64,000 nt of DNA from Methanobacteriota archaeon (GTDB lineage: Archaea; Halobacteriota; Bog-38; Methanoflorentales; Methanoflorentaceae), in the NCBI GenBank assembly GCA_003139855.1, contig PLGY01000037.1:28058-92057 (forward strand), given 5' to 3'. Positions within the stretch are counted from its first letter, which is position 1. Each line of letters begins with the position of its first letter. Both the position numbers and the translations under genes were made by a program. Under the pieces are notes generated by a model that saw only the letters and a program-made list of their open reading frames with translations, ran no database searches and was not told the origin of the DNA. Positions 1-8,386 of the stretch are shown piece by piece.

Positions 1-162
1 AACGGCAAAACCGATGAGCACTTAGTCCTCGGTTTAGGGAACATCAACTGGAGCCGCGTAATGCGCGGACTAAGGCTTTACAAGGGTGTTTTCGTTTTGG
101 AATTGAGGACACTCGAAGAAGGCGTTCGAAGCTTGAAGTATCTGCAGCGCATTACCGCTTGA
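1..162 (+). CDS. 3' end of a xylose-isomerase-like TIM-barrel (sugar phosphate isomerase/epimerase family) gene; 5' part lies outside the window
   Basis: Frame 1 is open from the window edge to TGA at 160-162. The tail DEHLVLGLGNINWSRVMRGLRLYKGVFVLELRT follows the H..G.G.v.W...L...Y.G....E C-terminal pattern also seen in the paralog at 36799-37599. Confidence 0.5.
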   Translation, partial: NGKTDEHLVLGLGNINWSRVMRGLRLYKGVFVLELRTLEEGVRSLKYLQRITA

Positions 163-191
163 GGTGTCCGCCAATTGCATCGAATCGTCTC

Positions 192-1097
192 TCAGTCGAG
201 CTGATCTCTGTACGGCACCTCTATCTCAAGCAGATCCTCTGCAACATATGTGTTGCGGAAGATGAGTCGCGCCTCTGCCAACAAAGGCGCCGTATTTGAG
301 TACCGAGAGCTTATGTGAGTTAGAATTAGCTTAACCACGTCCGCTTTGCGCGCTATTTGAGCTGCTTCGGATGCCGTCGAATGGCCGACGGCATTTGCGT
401 ATGCGTCTAGGTCTCCAGCTAGCGTTGCTTCGTGAATAAGTAAGTCGGCGTTTTCCGCAGCTTGCACAACCGTATCAGAAGGACGCGTATCTCCTGTGTA
501 GACGATTTTCCTGCCTGGACGCTTCGGTCCGATCACGTGTTCTGGCGTTACGACATGATCTCCGATAAGCACTGATTCGCCGTTTTGGAGGGTTTTATAC
601 AGTGGTCCAGGCTTCAATCCAAGCTCTTCTGCTTTTCTTCTGTCAAACTTACCAGGCCGTTCGTGCTCCTCAAAAACGTAACCGCATGCGCCTATCCCGT
701 GATCAACAGCGAAGACGCGCATAGAGAATGAGCCTAGTTCTATCATATCTCCTGGCGCGACTTCCACGAAATCTACCTGAAACTGGGGATTAATAAGTGC
801 AAGCAAGTATGGAATACCCCCCCACCGAGGCCCATATACGTTTAGCTTGTCGCTCCGGTTCAGAAAGGACATAGTGTGAATCAATCCTGGCAAACCAAGG
901 AAATGGTCAGCGTGCCAGTGACTTATAAATATGGAGGATAGGTGGATTCCGGTGCGGCAACGCATCATCTGGCGTTGCGTTCCTTCGCCACAGTCAAAGA
1001 GGATGGTTTCGCCATCTCGCTTTATCAGGATGGAAGGAAGATTTCTAGCGACCGTTGGCATTGAGCCGCTTGTACCGAGAAAGAGTACCTTCAGCAT
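192..1097 (-). CDS. rnz: ribonuclease Z (tRNA 3' endonuclease, metallo-beta-lactamase fold)
   Basis: 301-aa ORF with N-terminus MLKVLFLGTSGSMPT and an HxHxDH motif (SHWHADHF). Length is typical of short-form RNase Z. Confidence 0.9.
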   Translation of the reverse strand: MLKVLFLGTSGSMPTVARNLPSILIKRDGETILFDCGEGTQRQMMRCRTGIHLSSIFISHWHADHFLGLPGLIHTMSFLNRSDKLNVYGPRWGGIPYLLALINPQFQVDFVEVAPGDMIELGSFSMRVFAVDHGIGACGYVFEEHERPGKFDRRKAEELGLKPGPLYKTLQNGESVLIGDHVVTPEHVIGPKRPGRKIVYTGDTRPSDTVVQAAENADLLIHEATLAGDLDAYANAVGHSTASEAAQIARKADVVKLILTHISSRYSNTAPLLAEARLIFRNTYVAEDLLEIEVPYRDQLD

Positions 1098-1192
1098 AGT
1101 GCGGTGGTTAACAGCTATTCTGTAATCCAGGATTCGCTCTAGTCAAAGAAATTTGTGTCTTTGTCTTTGTAAATCGGTCGACGTGATTAAGT

Positions 1193-1219
1193 GAGCTTTT
1201 TTGTGGTCACATGCGCTAC
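1193..1219 (+). repeat. copy 1 of an imperfect direct repeat, GAGCTTTTTTG(TG)G(T)CACATG-CGC(T)AC
   Basis: Shares GAGCTTTTTTG, CACATG, CGC and AC blocks in the same order with 2223-2246. Both copies end in a TTG that opens a + strand ORF. Confidence 0.4.
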
Positions 1220-1485
1220 GACGTTACTTTTCTAACATATCTTCTTACCAAAGGTTCGGGCACGGTTACGTTTCCTTGCATTCCGTTAATAGCAATCCAC
1301 GTATTGATTGCCGTACAGACCTGCAGTGCTTGGCTCTTGTTTTTGACGTTTGCAATGATTATCCTCGCGATGCTTGTCAGATTTGTAAGGGTGAGGTCGT
1401 GCATTACTTCTATCATCCGCAACTGCGATGCGACCTGGTCCGGTAAATCATCTCCGGAATCACTCTCTTTTACGTTTGGTGACAT
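1216..1485 (-). CDS. hypothetical small protein (strand assignment uncertain)
   Basis: 89-aa ORF with GGAG 7 nt upstream of its ATG at 1485. It fully overlaps + strand ORFs 1201-1446 and 1211-1510 (the latter is hydrophobic and TM-like), so only one of them can be real. Confidence 0.3.
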   Translation of the reverse strand: MSPNVKESDSGDDLPDQVASQLRMIEVMHDLTLTNLTSIARIIIANVKNKSQALQVCTAINTWIAINGMQGNVTVPEPLVRRYVRKVTS

Positions 1486-1641
1486 TGCTTGGCTCCGAGT
1501 TCAACAATAAAATGCAGGCAATACTTTAAGCTTTCCGAAGAAAGGCTTCGATGTTAAAAATAGCTGTGGCGTCTGACACTCTCCTCTGCGGCTCCACCTG
1601 TGGAGGACAAGCAGTTTATATCGAAACGCTGACTTTTCACC

Positions 1642-1770
1642 ATGGATTCGACACAACCTGAGGAACAGCTAACCCCTGAAGAGTGGAAGAAAAAAATGGA
1701 AAGAAAGAGAAAAAGACAAACAGAAATCCTGCCAAAGGAGTCAGAAATCTACGAAATGGACAGTAAATAA
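1642..1770 (+). CDS. possible 42-aa K/E-rich micro-ORF
   Basis: ATG at 1642 to TAA at 1768-1770, translating to MDSTQPEEQLTPEEWKKKMERKRKRQTEILPKESEIYEMDSK. No clear RBS and no recognisable family. Confidence 0.2.
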   Translation: MDSTQPEEQLTPEEWKKKMERKRKRQTEILPKESEIYEMDSK

Positions 1771-2222
1771 CGATCGAAACTCTAGGGCTCAGAAGTTCTT
1801 ACTCGTAATTCGGCTCAAGAATAATGTATCGCGCGGTTCGTCAGATACTTCATAGGCACCTTCTTTTCGTTTGAATAAAAGCTCGTTTAACTCGCGTCGA
1901 ATTGCCTGTTCCGTAATCAATTCAGCTTGTGTCTCAGTAGCATTTAGGTCTAAAGGGTAAATCAGGGAGCCGATTCAGCGTTCGTCCTGTGTTTCGTGTC
2001 TGCGCTGTTTCGCTGTTGGTAGATTTCAGTGCCTATCTGCCGAGCTGCAGTGTGAGAGGGTGCGTTCGTAGAGATCAAATATTACGATTTGATTGAGATT
2101 CATTCCTTCCTTCAAAGTCTTGCGTGCACTTTTATTGGGTATTTCATAAAAACCAAGGGGAGGTCGAGAGGACTCGCGCAGCTTCGAACGACTTTTTGTA
2201 CTCAGCCTCCGATTCGGAAAGA

Positions 2223-2246
2223 GAGCTTTTTTGGCACATGACGCAC
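2223..2246 (+). repeat. copy 2 of the imperfect direct repeat, GAGCTTTTTTG-G-CACATGACGC-AC
   Basis: See copy 1 at 1193-1219. It overlaps the TTG start of ORF 2231-3109. Confidence 0.4.
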
Positions 2247-3109
2247 TAGAGATTAATGGTGTGAGAGAGCTCGACTACGTCCATGAGGTCGGCAAGAACC
2301 CCTTGTTGGCTTACACCATGCTGCACACTATTGACAAGTTCCAACATACGCCGTGTGTTCCTCCGCAGATATTAGCGAAGTTGGAAGGCGCAGCGCCAAA
2401 ACGCGAGGAGGGGCATCACACACTGACGCCATCACGATTTTACAGGATTCTGTTTCAAATTCACAAAGATTGCGAAAAAAGAAGACTTGAACTGCAGCTC
2501 CCTTATTATTGGTACAAGACCGGGCCGGTCGTATATGGGCGCGGCGCCCCTCGAATCTTTAATGTGACGCGCGTAAGAAAAACCCAGCAAGTTATAGCTT
2601 CATTTGACGAATGGAAGGATACGATATTGATATTCGACGGTTACGAGTCGTCATTCAGCGACTCCATTTTGCTTACTTTAAACGTTGATACCCTGGCACG
2701 ATACACGAAACTTGACGTTATTTATGAATACTCGCCGAGCCAAATGCACAAGGCTCTAGTCACGATACTTAATCAACTGCAGAACCTGGCACGAAAGGAG
2801 GCCCCAGATGAAAGAGACCTAGAGAGTCTCTTTAAGCTGCTGGCTCGTGTCGTCGGTGAGGACTTTGAAGATAGGTACAACGAATTATATTCTTCCTTTG
2901 AGCATGCAATCGATATGATTCAAACAGAATTGGCGTCCAGGCCTAACATAGGATACGTTCGTCGTATCGTTGAAGATGCGTGGAACGTTTTTACATTAGG
3001 TCTAAGAGCCAAAGAGAACGCAAACATAGATCAGAAACAGGTAAAAAAATGGAAAAATAAGTACAGGCAAGCGCTGTCAGCTTTTGAACTGCAACTTTCT
3101 AGTGCCTGA
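2231..3109 (+). CDS. hypothetical protein (292 aa, orphan)
   Basis: Long uninterrupted ORF with a protein-like composition, mostly helical-looking in the C-terminal half. TTG start; the first in-frame ATG is codon 30, so the true start may be downstream. No family recognised. Confidence 0.6.
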   Translation: MAHDALEINGVRELDYVHEVGKNPLLAYTMLHTIDKFQHTPCVPPQILAKLEGAAPKREEGHHTLTPSRFYRILFQIHKDCEKRRLELQLPYYWYKTGPVVYGRGAPRIFNVTRVRKTQQVIASFDEWKDTILIFDGYESSFSDSILLTLNVDTLARYTKLDVIYEYSPSQMHKALVTILNQLQNLARKEAPDERDLESLFKLLARVVGEDFEDRYNELYSSFEHAIDMIQTELASRPNIGYVRRIVEDAWNVFTLGLRAKENANIDQKQVKKWKNKYRQALSAFELQLSSA

Positions 3110-3129
3110 TAAACCTCGCGCGCATTCTC

Positions 3130-3137
3130 TTTTTTTT
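3130..3137 (+). terminator. oligo-T tract (T8), candidate archaeal terminator for 2231-3109
   Basis: T8 run about 20 nt after the stop codon at 3107-3109. Archaeal RNAP terminates at oligo-T tracts. Confidence 0.35.
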
Positions 3138-3356
3138 GCCAGAGTAGAGTCATTTAGTGCAGCTACGCCACGAAAGTGCAGCAGATTTTGAGTTACATCG
3201 TAAGCCGCCACCTTCTTGGGATTTGGATGAGACGATGTTCGGAAGCCCACAGTTTTTGGAGGCCCAAGAACGTGCTTAAAGCGCTTTTCAGGCATTCTGG
3301 CAGGCCCTCTGGTTCTAACGGGTGCAAAATTGGCGCATTTTTTTTATACTAGAAAA

Positions 3357-3491
3357 ATGTCAGTTTACTTGGTGCGCATGAACAGTAAAGAAGAAAAGAA
3401 AGAGGGATACTACAAAGGCAAAGAAGTTAAGGGCAAGACGGAAAATAAGGAGGAGTACTATAAACGCGAAGAAGTGAAAGGCGGAAAATAA
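3357..3491 (+). CDS. possible K/E-rich micro-ORF with a tandem (E/G)YYK-x-(K/E)EVKG repeat
   Basis: ATG at 3357 (alternative ATG at 3378, about 30 nt after the TTTTTTTTATAC TATA-like tract) to TAA at 3489-3491. Translation is ..KKEGYYKGKEVKGKTENKEEYYKREEVKGGK. Confidence 0.25.
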   Translation: MSVYLVRMNSKEEKKEGYYKGKEVKGKTENKEEYYKREEVKGGK

Positions 3492-3536
3492 CCTTGGAGT
3501 TGTTTGAATATATTCCCGTCGCTTGACTTTTTAGTT

Positions 3537-4382
3537 TCATTCAAACGTCAAGAAACGAGGCCTGGCTGGTCGGTAGTTGACTGGATCAAAAAACTCCAGT
3601 TCACTGGGCTCTATTGGGACGCAGACTCTTGATATCATCCCGTGCAGAGTATAGGGAAGTCGTATTAGTTTGATGTTCCCGGTAGTGACCCATTCGTCAA
3701 TTGGGAACCTTTGTGCATACGCGTTTGCTAATGAATTTCGTTCTGCACGCGTTAAGTATGTAGTGTCACGGTCTAACACATGGATGTGAAAGCCGCGCCC
3801 CGAATAGACAATGCGCAGTTTGGAATACGTTTGTTTAAGCTCGCGATACATCAAAATTGTTTGCTTTCTCAAGATCCTGAACTCTATCAAACATAGCATG
3901 CGGCCCTGATGCGCCTTCATCTTCTGATCTAGGTCGCCGTGGACTGGACAATATACGTTTTCGGGGTCCAAATCAAAAACAAGTTCTTGTCCGACGTAAT
4001 GCTTGCAAGCAAGACACTTGTCGGCCTTGTAGCACTCTGGGCAGCCTCTGCATATGTCTAGATCTTCATAGTGATTTGTGTCATAGTAGACCCCTTCGGG
4101 AAGATATTTCAAGAGGTATTCTCGCATACCTCGAAGGTTGCAGTAATCATCAATCACGACCACGTCGTTTTTAATGTCCTCAAATTGTTTGAGGTAGAGT
4201 CGCGTGTACTTGCCAACCAAGAATGAGATTACTGTGTTTTTTCGGAAAGGCTGCCAATGACGTAGTGCCTTCGCATTGAACTCGTTGCAATAAAATTGGG
4301 CTCTTTCGACCAGTGAGGAGTATCGCATGCCTCTTGGCATTTTGTACTTGTGCTTCTTCACGTGGTTAGCTCCGCCTAACAC
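3537..4382 (-). CDS. priS: archaeo-eukaryotic primase small-subunit-like protein (compact PriS-like AEP)
   Basis: The three AEP/PriS signatures occur in order: acidic DxD (QELVFDLDPEN), SGRGFHIHV, and KLIRLPYTLHG. There is also an N-terminal FY.NEF and YLP.GVYY pattern, and a Cys cluster CRGCPECYKADKCLACKH just upstream of the DxD. GTG start at 4382; alternative ATGs at 4340 and 4328. Confidence 0.7.
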   Translation of the reverse strand: MLGGANHVKKHKYKMPRGMRYSSLVERAQFYCNEFNAKALRHWQPFRKNTVISFLVGKYTRLYLKQFEDIKNDVVVIDDYCNLRGMREYLLKYLPEGVYYDTNHYEDLDICRGCPECYKADKCLACKHYVGQELVFDLDPENVYCPVHGDLDQKMKAHQGRMLCLIEFRILRKQTILMYRELKQTYSKLRIVYSGRGFHIHVLDRDTTYLTRAERNSLANAYAQRFPIDEWVTTGNIKLIRLPYTLHGMISRVCVPIEPSELEFFDPVNYRPARPRFLTFE

Positions 4383-4478
4383 AATGTATTCCCACTGCCG
4401 CCGCTAGGCCTTAGCGGGCCATCAGAAAAGCAGTTGCGCAGCGCCTCTGCGACTTTGCAAATAAGGTGTTCGGTGCTC

Positions 4479-4928
4479 TTACTGGAGTTTTAGAGGCCCC
4501 CCCTCTTTGAGCGATTTCATTATAATATCTATCTGAATTATCTCAAGCGGCAGATTTGCTATCTGGGTGTTGATCACCCTTTTGAGCTGGGAGTAGTCGT
4601 GAGCCGCAACAGTGAACCGCAAATTATGGTCGCCGCTGACGTGGTCTATTTGAAAAATATTCTCGAATTCTGCTAGTTTTTTCGACAAAGAGTCGAGCTC
4701 TTCCAAACGGGCCTTTGCAAAGAGGCGGGCACAACAATGCAATCCTACTTTTCCTCGGTCAACAATTGCCGAATATCCCTTTATTACGCCTTCGTCTTCC
4801 ATTATAGATATCCTGTCGCGTACTGTTGATTCTGACCTGTTTATCGCTTTGGCGATGTCTTTGTATGTCATCCTCCCATCTTGCTGCAAGAGATACAGTA
4901 TTTTTTTATTCATTTCGTCTATGCGCAT
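4479..4928 (-). CDS. Lrp/AsnC family transcriptional regulator
   Basis: N-terminal HTH (KILYLLQQDGRMTYKDIAKAINRSESTVRDRISIMEDEGVIKGY) followed by a RAM/ligand-binding domain. ATG at 4928 is preferred over the longer track ORF that starts at 4952. Confidence 0.85.
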   Translation of the reverse strand: MRIDEMNKKILYLLQQDGRMTYKDIAKAINRSESTVRDRISIMEDEGVIKGYSAIVDRGKVGLHCCARLFAKARLEELDSLSKKLAEFENIFQIDHVSGDHNLRFTVAAHDYSQLKRVINTQIANLPLEIIQIDIIMKSLKEGGPLKLQ

Positions 4929-5157
4929 TAAGGACACCTCTGCGAAGAACAAAGTGAACTCTCAAAGATTTCGATAAATACCTATGTAGTGAAATTTTTT
5001 TGTTACGCCATCCTAAGTCAAAAACATGCGCACAATAGAAAATTGCTGGGCCGAGATGCGCGTGCCGCACATCGCTTTGCCGTGTGTGTCAAGCGAGAAA
5101 CTTAGGTGGCATTCATCAGGAGAATTTGAAGGAGAATAACGCCAAAAAACGTATGTA

Positions 5158-5580
5158 GTGACAGAGCTTAATATGGCAAACATGTCTGCGTTGAGCGCTT
5201 CGAAACCAGAGGCCATTCACGACGAATTGGTTAAGAAAGCTGGCAAGACCATATTTAAAAAATACAAAGTTGTCATGAATATAGCGGGTAAAAATGTTGC
5301 TAGCATCGATGAAGTATACCCAGACCTCCTCGCCTACGACGTTTATAGCGTCAAACCATTTCTAGCAAGCGATACACCCACGCTAATTTCGGAAGTCGAG
5401 GTCGGGGTAGAGATAACGGACGAGCTCATTGCGAAATGGCTTCAGCTGAAGAGCTTGGACGTTGACCGAATCGTTTTGATCTTGCCGGAAAAAACGAGAC
5501 ACAAAACAGAAGATGCTCTAAAGAAACTTGGCCCAAAATTCGAACTTCACTTCTTTGATAAGGATTTACGTATTAGTTAG
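5158..5580 (+). CDS. hypothetical protein (140 aa), possibly with a PD-(D/E)xK-like core
   Basis: ORF with YPDLLAYD ... LISEVEVG spacing that resembles the PD...(D/E)x(K) nuclease fold, although no Lys is in the expected position. Alternative ATG at 5173. Confidence 0.5.
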   Translation: MTELNMANMSALSASKPEAIHDELVKKAGKTIFKKYKVVMNIAGKNVASIDEVYPDLLAYDVYSVKPFLASDTPTLISEVEVGVEITDELIAKWLQLKSLDVDRIVLILPEKTRHKTEDALKKLGPKFELHFFDKDLRIS

Positions 5581-5719
5581 TGATGGGTGGAACCGATTCG
5601 AAGGCGCTCCCGTCGGGGCCTACTTTGGGCTCAATTCTTTCGCATTTGGTTGTCTTTCATTGAGATTGCTATAAATACGTGAGCGCAGTATTTCATCGTA
5701 TGGGGTTGCATAAAGCATC

Positions 5720-6064
5720 ATGTTGATGGGTAAAGTGCGCTATCGCTGTGACAAAGGTTCTACAACGATAGTAATACCTACAAAATGCATAGAGACGTTT
5801 TGCATAGGGCGCGCATTTCCACTAAACAAATCATCAGGGAGCGTTTCTACCAATATCAAAGAAGAAACGATAAAGCTGGTCGAAACTACAGGAGCAGAAC
5901 AAGCAACGCGTGGAGGCGTTGTCGGAACTTATACGAGGGATGAAGACAACATAGAAGTCTTTTTGCCCATTCGTGTGTGCGAGTCGGTTTTTAAGACAAA
6001 ACGTTACGAGGGAGAACTAAGAATCGAGGTCGTCGACGACGCGGTTCTCGTTAGCCAGATATGA
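5720..6064 (+). CDS. hypothetical protein (114 aa) with two AbrB/SpoVT-like half-repeats
   Basis: Internal duplication: STTIVIPTKCIETF and NIEVFLPIRVCESVF both resemble the vtIPkeirekl strand-loop of swapped-hairpin barrels. Confidence 0.45.
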   Translation: MLMGKVRYRCDKGSTTIVIPTKCIETFCIGRAFPLNKSSGSVSTNIKEETIKLVETTGAEQATRGGVVGTYTRDEDNIEVFLPIRVCESVFKTKRYEGELRIEVVDDAVLVSQI

Positions 6065-6067
6065 GCG

Positions 6068-6919
6068 TCAACTAGTGAACTCGTACGCATATACTTGGGT
6101 TCTAGCTACTTCTGCTAACGAAATTGAAAAATTGCGCGGTATATTGATTTGAAATAGCGTCGTCTTTTCTGGAGTCAGCTCTCCTTGCGGCTTGCCTACA
6201 AAAACGCCTAGAACATTCCCGTCTTTATTATAAAGTGCGACCGCTACAACCGAGGAGTTGACGTTCTCGGTCCCCCCGTTGTAAACTTCTCCGCTGAGGC
6301 CGCTAATTGTCCGGTTGAGGACATAGGTTTTGTAGTCTGCGATCGCCAGTAGATACGGGTTTTCGTTTGAGAGTTTATAGTCGGGTGGCAGTATCATGTA
6401 GCGTAAATTGTACTTTTTCGCTGCCTGCGTGCTAGTTTGAGTTTTTGAATTATTGGAGGTGATATTTCGCGTAGCGGTCGCTGCTTTCAAGTTTGTTGAT
6501 GTAACTTGTGTTTGATTGAGAGGGGTGGAGCTAGCACCGCCGGATACCACTGGCAACATTTTGATCATAAACGGTGCGGTCTCCCCGGGGAGAATGGTTG
6601 AATTGACTCCGGTTTCCGGACCTGCGTAGCCTCGCTCGTACGTCGTGTTGTTTGCGTATCCTTCAGCTTGAAGGTTTATGTCCACGACGTTCACTGTTCC
6701 GATGTTTTTGATGATACCTGTGAGGTACGGCGTGCCGTTGTAAGTGTAATAATAGGTATGCGTGACGTTGACCAGATTGATTGTAGGCGTGCTCCCGTTG
6801 TTTGGCTGTTCAGTCACACAACCAGCTACGCTCGCGGTCAGGGTTAATGCAACGAGCACTAGCAATGCGCAAGCGCGCATCCGTATCCGGGGCGCTATTG
6901 TTATCTTGTTCATCTTCAT
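6068..6919 (-). CDS. secreted lipoprotein with two repeated beta-rich domains, rich in N-glycosylation sequons
   Basis: Signal peptide plus lipobox (LTLTASVAGC). Two similar modules are present (GIIKNIGTVNVVDINLQAEGY.. and GEVYNGGTENVNSSVVAVALYNKDGNVLG..). There are many N-x-S/T sites and a T/S/N-rich linker. Confidence 0.75.
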   Translation of the reverse strand: MKMNKITIAPRIRMRACALLVLVALTLTASVAGCVTEQPNNGSTPTINLVNVTHTYYYTYNGTPYLTGIIKNIGTVNVVDINLQAEGYANNTTYERGYAGPETGVNSTILPGETAPFMIKMLPVVSGGASSTPLNQTQVTSTNLKAATATRNITSNNSKTQTSTQAAKKYNLRYMILPPDYKLSNENPYLLAIADYKTYVLNRTISGLSGEVYNGGTENVNSSVVAVALYNKDGNVLGVFVGKPQGELTPEKTTLFQINIPRNFSISLAEVARTQVYAYEFTS

Positions 6920-6932
6920 CGGATAGAGCCGG

Positions 6933-7811
6933 CTAGTCTACGATCTTGCTGATGGACAATTCTAAAATATCTTCCGCTCCGTGCTGCTTCAGCTTGGGAA
7001 TCAGCTCATTGATTTGTTCTTTGGATACTACTGATTCAACCGCGTAGTAGTCTGCATTATACAACTTCGCGACGCTGGGGGCTTTCATTGTAGGTAAGAT
7101 TGCTATAATCTCTTCAAGCTTTTTTTCAGGCACATTCATTTTGACTAGAGCCCTGTTTTGGGCGTCTATAGCGCCCAATATAAGCGTTTTAATGCCGTCT
7201 ATTGAGCGTCGCTTCGCTACGTAGCTACCCTCGTTGGCAATAAGCACGGTCGATGACTCGAGAATGACGTCGATCTCCTTGAGGCCGCCTCTTTTGAGGG
7301 TCTCACCGGTTTCGGTTAGCTCGACTATGCCGTCCATGATATCTGGGACCTTAGCTTCGGTGGCGCCGTATGACAAGAATATGTCAACGGAGACCCCCAT
7401 CTGCTCAAAATACTGCTTTGCTAGATTTGGATATTCTGTCGAAATCCTGCTGCTTGGCTTCAAATCAAGAGGCGATCTTATGGCTGATTGTTCATGGACT
7501 GCGAGTACTATTTTGACCTTTTCCGATCCGGTCTTGCTGTAGCGCAGTTCCGCGATGATTCGGACCTCACTTTCGGTCTCGCGCACCCAGTCAAGTCCCG
7601 TTATGCCAAGGTCGAAGTACCCGGCTGCAACGTATTGGGGGATTTCTTGAGGTCTCAGTACTTTTACAGTACTGATTCTGAAATCTTTGATTGTTGGGCT
7701 GTAATCCCTCGGACTCTTTCGAATGACTTCTAAATCTGCTAGCTTTAAGAACTTGATTGTTTGCTCCTCCAAGCTGCCCTTAGGTATTACAAACCTGATT
7801 TTATCGCTCAT
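6933..7811 (-). CDS. hisG: ATP phosphoribosyltransferase (long form)
   Basis: 292-aa ORF with IRFVIPKGSLEE, LRPQEIPQYVAAGYFDLGITGLDW, ELTETGETLK and a C-terminal regulatory domain. Confidence 0.9.
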   Translation of the reverse strand: MSDKIRFVIPKGSLEEQTIKFLKLADLEVIRKSPRDYSPTIKDFRISTVKVLRPQEIPQYVAAGYFDLGITGLDWVRETESEVRIIAELRYSKTGSEKVKIVLAVHEQSAIRSPLDLKPSSRISTEYPNLAKQYFEQMGVSVDIFLSYGATEAKVPDIMDGIVELTETGETLKRGGLKEIDVILESSTVLIANEGSYVAKRRSIDGIKTLILGAIDAQNRALVKMNVPEKKLEEIIAILPTMKAPSVAKLYNADYYAVESVVSKEQINELIPKLKQHGAEDILELSISKIVD

Positions 7812-8097
7812 TTGAACTAAATATGAATCGTTGGTATTTAATAACCATCGGATAGGTTTTGCGACTGATGCTGGCGTGGGCTAGTTTTAAAGCTTCGAAC
7901 GTACCAGAAACTTTGAGGATTCGGCCGTTTTTGTGCTTCGAGTAACGGCTTGCTTTTCCGATAGTTCTACGAGATGGCGACCCTGCGTCGTTGTGCTGAT
8001 TGCTCGCACCCAAATGCTTGGTTCTGCATACCGTCGAGAACATATGTTTTTAAACGCAGGACGTGGTGGTAGGTACAGAAACGTGCCTGGCTAGAGT

Positions 8098-8376
8098 ATG
8101 GCGTTGCTCAGACGTGAGAAGGCAAAAGAAAAATCAGCCGTCAAATACCACATTTCGGATAACGACTATTACTATCTAGCTTCGCGCTTCTGTCAGAATA
8201 TAATGGCATTTGTTTTTGCCGCGACCAGATTTAACGAGGACAAATCCGCGTACTTCGAGGACTTTTTCATAGATTTTCTCGACAGACGCGGCATAAGTTA
8301 TTCGATCGTTGAAATAGATGAAGTGAACAAACGGCTGTGCATCATCAAGCCGTGGGAAAAGGGAAAAACACATTAG
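8098..8376 (+). CDS. hypothetical protein (92 aa)
   Basis: ATG-started ORF divergent from hisG. No family recognised. Confidence 0.4.
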   Translation: MALLRREKAKEKSAVKYHISDNDYYYLASRFCQNIMAFVFAATRFNEDKSAYFEDFFIDFLDRRGISYSIVEIDEVNKRLCIIKPWEKGKTH

Positions 8377-8386
8377 AAAATAGAAG

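Noticed and set aside
1789-2103. A 105-codon minus-strand frame (MNLNQIVIFDLYERTLSHC.. / ..AELITEQAIRRELNELLFKRKEGAYEVSDEPRD..) interrupted by two in-frame TGA codons. It was considered as a pseudogene or a recoding (Sec/read-through) candidate.
   Set aside because: Two stops in 105 codons is fewer than, but not far from, random expectation. There is no SECIS-like element or homology that I can recognise, and the final stop is also TGA.
3077-3295. 72-aa minus-strand ORF (MPEKRFKHVLGPPKTVGF...) convergent with and overlapping the end of 2231-3109. The 80-aa ORF at 7801-8043 overlapping the hisG start was considered likewise.
   Set aside because: There is no RBS, no motif, overlap with better-supported genes, and a basic low-complexity composition. 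Evidence is insufficient to call them.
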